A DNA stretch of 41,585 bases. Source: Candidatus Hydrogenedentota bacterium. Lineage in GTDB: Bacteria > Hydrogenedentota > Hydrogenedentia > Hydrogenedentales > SLHB01. The stretch covers positions 1-41,585 of the forward strand of contig CAXXTH010000024.1 of NCBI GenBank assembly GCA_963668025.2, written 5' to 3'. Each line of letters opens with the position of its first letter. Position 1 is the first letter of the stretch. Below, piece by piece: positions 37,608 to 41,585 of the stretch. Made by a program: the position numbers and the translations under genes. Below the pieces are notes generated by a model that had not been told where the DNA came from, ran no database searches, and saw only the letters and a program-made list of their open reading frames with translations.

Positions 37608-38326
37608 TTCCTACCGCACCACTGGGCATGGTGTCGGGCTCGGGCATTGAACTGCGCGGCCTGCTGGACCAGGTTCATCATGAACAGGCCTTTTCCGAGA
37701 TCCCCGGCCTTGCCAGCGGTTCCGTAGCGGGACATGCTGGACGTTTCCTGCACGGCACATCGGCGGGTGCGCCCGTGGTGCTGCAATGCGGCCGGCTTCA
37801 TTGCTACGAAGGGCTTGGCTATAAGAACGCCACGGCCACGGTGGACGCCCTGCATGCGTCCGGGGTGAAAGCCATCGTCTTCACCAACGCGGCGGGCGGC
37901 CTCCTGCCGCACATGCATGTGGGTGATTGGCTGGCCGCCGGGCACGTCCGCCCATTCCTGCCACGCAGCGGTTCGCCCTGGTGGCCCAGCGCGCCCGAAC
38001 TCCTCACCCCCGCATTCCGCCTGCCCGAATGCGAGCATACAGGAACATATATATGGGTGCTTGGCCCTAATTATGAGACCCGCGCCGAGATCCGCGCCCT
38101 GCAATCCTTGGGCGGGGCGGCTGTCGGCATGAGCGCCGCACCCGAACTCCAACGCTGTAACGAGCTGGGCATTCCCGCCGCCGTAATTTCCTGCATCACC
38201 AACAACTGCAGCACGCCCGCGGCACTTAGCCACGCCGATGTGCTCGAGGCCGCCGCCGCCGCTTCCGCGCGCGCGGTGGAGCGTTTGCGCAGATTCATCC
38301 AGAAAAACCTGCTGCCATCCTGTTGA
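37595..38326 (+). CDS. Purine-nucleoside phosphorylase (trimeric PNP-I type)
   Basis: GSG, GRLH.YEG, TNAAGG, GPNYET.AE, VGMS..PE, ITN. Confidence 0.88.
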   Translation: MARVIPTAPLGMVSGSGIELRGLLDQVHHEQAFSEIPGLASGSVAGHAGRFLHGTSAGAPVVLQCGRLHCYEGLGYKNATATVDALHASGVKAIVFTNAAGGLLPHMHVGDWLAAGHVRPFLPRSGSPWWPSAPELLTPAFRLPECEHTGTYIWVLGPNYETRAEIRALQSLGGAAVGMSAAPELQRCNELGIPAAVISCITNNCSTPAALSHADVLEAAAAASARAVERLRRFIQKNLLPSC

Positions 38327-38454
38327 CATATTTTATGTCTAGAGATATTATTTGATTATAGCAAATATGTAGATAAACCTATATATAGGCTTCATCAAAA
38401 AAACTTATCTTCACACCTCTCATCACCTATTGATTGTTCCAAAATAGATACAGA

Positions 38455-40998
38455 TTATTTGACTAATCGATACCGGATCAACTCAGAACTACGTGGAGTT
38501 GGCAATGTTATATCGAAGCCATTCATCAATGTCCGGCCATCCACCTGGCGCGTTTCCCCAGAAGTATCGTACGACAACTCATACATGGCGTCTGGAGTTA
38601 ATCCCTTCAGTTTGACCTCGATGGTTTTGTATGCGCTCGTTGGCCTACGCAAGACTACCAGCATGCCTTCGCCCAGCTCTGGACGGTCGTACTGCGACGC
38701 CATCCACTGATCATGTTTTCCTGCCGCTGCATATGGCAATAGTGGATACCAATCGCCCAAAGTCAGATGCCGGACGGATTTGTATTTCTCGATCAATTCC
38801 TTGCCGCGCGCCGAATCGAATTGAGGATCGTCCGCTTTCCATCCCAGGGACATGGAGCCCCCCACGATTGAATGGAACGAATAATCGTCCATGTTCCTCA
38901 AGTGCATTGCAATGCAGTTGCCGGGCAGGAACTGGTTGAACGCCCATTGGCAGGCTTGGTCGTATTCGTGATCGAACCAGTAGTCTGATTTTTGATGCAT
39001 GTGGAAATGCCGGATGGTCTCGATATCGATTCGATTCCCGCCACTGGCGCAGCCTTCCAGCCATGCAAATGGGAACGCTTGATGAATTCGCTCTAAGATA
39101 TTGTATAGGCCTGTCACAAATTGGATTTCCGTGATGCCTTGGCGGTCAGGCGCATCTTCCCGCGCACAGAACTCGAAGGGATCGACACCTAGTCCGCCCC
39201 AATCGATTCGGAAGACTCCGAAACCGGGATGATCCATGTAGCTTTTAACTGTCTCGAAGATCCAGTCTTGCACTTCCGGAAGACCTAGATTGAGCAGGCA
39301 ATATTTTCGGTTCTCGATCCCGATGACGTTGTAATCAATTAGCCATTCCGGATGATTCTTATAAATCCAGGTGCCTTCGGCCACGAATTCAATCGCCATC
39401 CAGAGGCCGTATTGAATGCCTTCCTCGTGTGCCGCGCTTGCCAGCGGTGCGATACCCAATGGATAATTGTCTTTGCGCATGGCCTGCCAGTTTCCAAGCC
39501 GGGCAAGGTAGGATTTCTCACCCTCCATCCATCCGGCATCGGTAATCACCAGATCCGCGCCCAGTTTGCCGTAGGCATGGATAAGCGATGCTTGGTTTGC
39601 TTCATTATTTGCATCACCCAGCCAGCCTCCGCCTTCCGTAAAACAGGTATTACAATAAACAGGGGGCAGGATCGGCTTTTTCTCGCGGTCCGGAACATAA
39701 TGCGTGTAAATAAGCCGCCGGAATAAGGAGCGCGCATCGCCTTGTTCAGCATCCGCTTTCAACACCAGGATGCGCGGCATGCGGACCTTCTCGCCTGGAT
39801 GCAACAAGAAATGGGTTTTCTGCATTCCCGCGGTTAGGTTCAGGTTCAATCCATCGGCACACGTGAGTTGCGATTCCCATGAACAGGTCCATCCAATACC
39901 CACCATCAGATCGCCTTGGCCAGTCTGGACGCGGTAAAACGGGAAATTTGTAGCCGATGACGCGCCGCCATCGGAGTGCAACCGAACATTGGTGGTATTC
40001 TTGCCCAGAGTGACTTCAGATGGCACGAACATGTCGTGTCCATTTCCAAATAATGTGCCGCTCATTTGATGAAGGCGATAGGGCGTTTGTGGATCCATAG
40101 GTTCGGATATCGTCAGGTTCATGGCCTGGATATTTTCCACGAGCGCCGTATCACGTTTTCCAGCTCCTTCGAACGATACCACCCACTCCATGGCAGGAAA
40201 ATCGTTGTATTGAATCGCTTCCCAAATGACCCGCATCCCGCCGCCTGGCTCGGTCCAAGTAATCAAATGTTGCGTCCGGTCCTCATCCAACTCCTTGATT
40301 GTCGATGCTTTTTTCCATCCAGCGAGAAGCTGATCGCTGGATTTTCCGTCATAACTAAACGAAAAGGGATAAGCGGATTCGAAAGAAGTGGCCTTAAGCA
40401 TGGGTAGCTGGGCTAAGTGCATGATATCCCCTTTCTCCAGGATGAGCTTTGCATCCGCCCAGTCGGCATGATCGCATGCAGGCCCATCACCGCCATTTTC
40501 TACAATGAGATCGACATATTTGGAATGAGGCAGCTTAATGTCGATGCGAACTGCCTTGCCGCCTCCACGCAATATTTCAGAACGAAACAATTCCTGCTCG
40601 ACGGTCTTGACAACAAAAACCACCGAACCCATGCCGTGGGTGGTCGCCGGATTATTATCGACGCCAACCCATGCCTGGAACCCTGTGGCTTGATCCGGAA
40701 GATATACCCGAATACGGCTGATCGAATGAGTTCCCAAGCCGTTATCATAAATCTGCTCGCCGACCTTTAGCGGAGTCTTCAGGATAGACTGGTTAATTTC
40801 GAGTTGTTCATAATCTTGCTGTAATAACGCCAGGCCTCCATTCTCTTGAACTTCCTTATAGGGCATTTCCAGGAGTTGAGCCGCTAAAAGATTGGACGCG
40901 GAGGCGTTTTCTACCCACCCCATATTCCATGCCGCCCAAAATAGGAATAGGCCTAACAGGAAATGTGGTATGAGACTAAGTTTAGGGTTGATTTTCAT
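38455..40998 (-). CDS. Secreted GH36 alpha-galactosidase-like enzyme with an N-terminal NPCBM domain
   Basis: NPCBM motifs GLGTHS, GVD, SVVF, DHADWADA; catalytic-region motifs DAGW, GLW..E, RIDW, EGCASGGNRID. Confidence 0.85.
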   Translation of the reverse strand: MKINPKLSLIPHFLLGLFLFWAAWNMGWVENASASNLLAAQLLEMPYKEVQENGGLALLQQDYEQLEINQSILKTPLKVGEQIYDNGLGTHSISRIRVYLPDQATGFQAWVGVDNNPATTHGMGSVVFVVKTVEQELFRSEILRGGGKAVRIDIKLPHSKYVDLIVENGGDGPACDHADWADAKLILEKGDIMHLAQLPMLKATSFESAYPFSFSYDGKSSDQLLAGWKKASTIKELDEDRTQHLITWTEPGGGMRVIWEAIQYNDFPAMEWVVSFEGAGKRDTALVENIQAMNLTISEPMDPQTPYRLHQMSGTLFGNGHDMFVPSEVTLGKNTTNVRLHSDGGASSATNFPFYRVQTGQGDLMVGIGWTCSWESQLTCADGLNLNLTAGMQKTHFLLHPGEKVRMPRILVLKADAEQGDARSLFRRLIYTHYVPDREKKPILPPVYCNTCFTEGGGWLGDANNEANQASLIHAYGKLGADLVITDAGWMEGEKSYLARLGNWQAMRKDNYPLGIAPLASAAHEEGIQYGLWMAIEFVAEGTWIYKNHPEWLIDYNVIGIENRKYCLLNLGLPEVQDWIFETVKSYMDHPGFGVFRIDWGGLGVDPFEFCAREDAPDRQGITEIQFVTGLYNILERIHQAFPFAWLEGCASGGNRIDIETIRHFHMHQKSDYWFDHEYDQACQWAFNQFLPGNCIAMHLRNMDDYSFHSIVGGSMSLGWKADDPQFDSARGKELIEKYKSVRHLTLGDWYPLLPYAAAGKHDQWMASQYDRPELGEGMLVVLRRPTSAYKTIEVKLKGLTPDAMYELSYDTSGETRQVDGRTLMNGFDITLPTPRSSELIRYRLVK

Positions 40999-41365
40999 TA
41001 CGACTCTCCTGGCGTATGGTTAATGTGATTTCGTTATGTAAAAACTGTGTACAGATATAGTTATAGTTGCTATAACCTCACTACATAGGCGCTATCTGTC
41101 AAGAAAAATAACATACCCCATCTTTTAAGCCATTTCCAAACCACTCTCAGCCTTCGCCGTTGAAACATGGCGTTGCTCAGCTTGTTCATTCAGAACAAAG
41201 AAAGCGATAGCTAAGTAATTTCTCTAAACTAAGCGCACAAATAATGCTTTCTATCTCACGCGAACAAATGCAGCAAGCGCACGCGATTTAGATTACACGT
41301 GTAAGTACGTTGCAAATGTACCTCATTTCTGATGGGATGTCAAGATGAAAATTTCAGCATGAATG

Positions 41366-41405
41366 AAAAAAGGGGATGATCCTTGACTGGATATCCCCTT
41401 TTTTT
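41366..41405. terminator. Intrinsic terminator, bidirectional form
   Basis: AAAAAAGGGGAT...ATCCCCTTTTTTT hairpin just downstream of the minus-strand gene ending at 41437. Confidence 0.75.
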
Positions 41406-41436
41406 GAAATAGGTGTCAGGATTACTTCGACAACTA

Positions 41437-41585
41437 TTACGTATTTCTATTGCTCTGAGGCCCGTATCCCCGGAGCATGATGACAATTATTCCGGTGAGT
41501 AGCAGAACTGCCAGAGGCCACCGCTTCATCGGCAATGGCATGCTCGCTGGGTCGTAAGGATCGCTGCCGTATGCCCATTCCACGG
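41437..41585 (-). CDS. C-terminal fragment of a surface protein with a sorting-signal-like tail (gene starts outside the window)
   Basis: Hand translation: VEWAYGSDPYDPASMPLPMKRWPLAVLLLTGIIVIMLRGYGPQSNRNT*, i.e. an E..GSDP.D motif, then LP + TM helix + R. Confidence 0.6.
   Translation of the reverse strand, partial: VEWAYGSDPYDPASMPLPMKRWPLAVLLLTGIIVIMLRGYGPQSNRNT

Noticed and set aside
41071-41102. Promoter for the GH36 gene
   Set aside because: TTGACA is present on the minus strand, but there is no convincing -10 at 16-18 bp.

Overview
GC-rich bacterial chromosome segment with no rRNA, tRNA or CRISPR array that I can see. (1) 1-15.7 kb is a carbohydrate-use region: an SSS transporter / cyclase / TPP-dehydrogenase E1-alpha operon, three paralogous secreted GH42-like hydrolases, a GH151/GHL6-like hydrolase, a URO-D-family protein and a LacI regulator. 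Three promoters carry LacI-type operators inside their -35/-10 spacers. (2) 15.76-22.75 kb is a nested stack of mobile elements: MITEs, an ISAs1 with a divergent passenger gene, an IS701-like element hit by IS630 and IS1595, and an IS200. (3) 22.9-30.9 kb holds a lipoprotein, a FecR/DUF6600-like protein, a GTPase, and degenerate Rpe- and AnmK-like proteins. (4) 30.95-33.0 kb is an AT-rich island with the best novelty candidate: two paralogous 54- and 51-aa leader + six-Cys peptides, too short for the ORF track, flanking a small CxxCxH...CxAFPxGIP protein. (5) 33-41.6 kb holds two secreted GH36-like enzymes, dGTPase, PNP and the 3' end of a surface protein. Family calls come from motif recognition by eye, not database searches.
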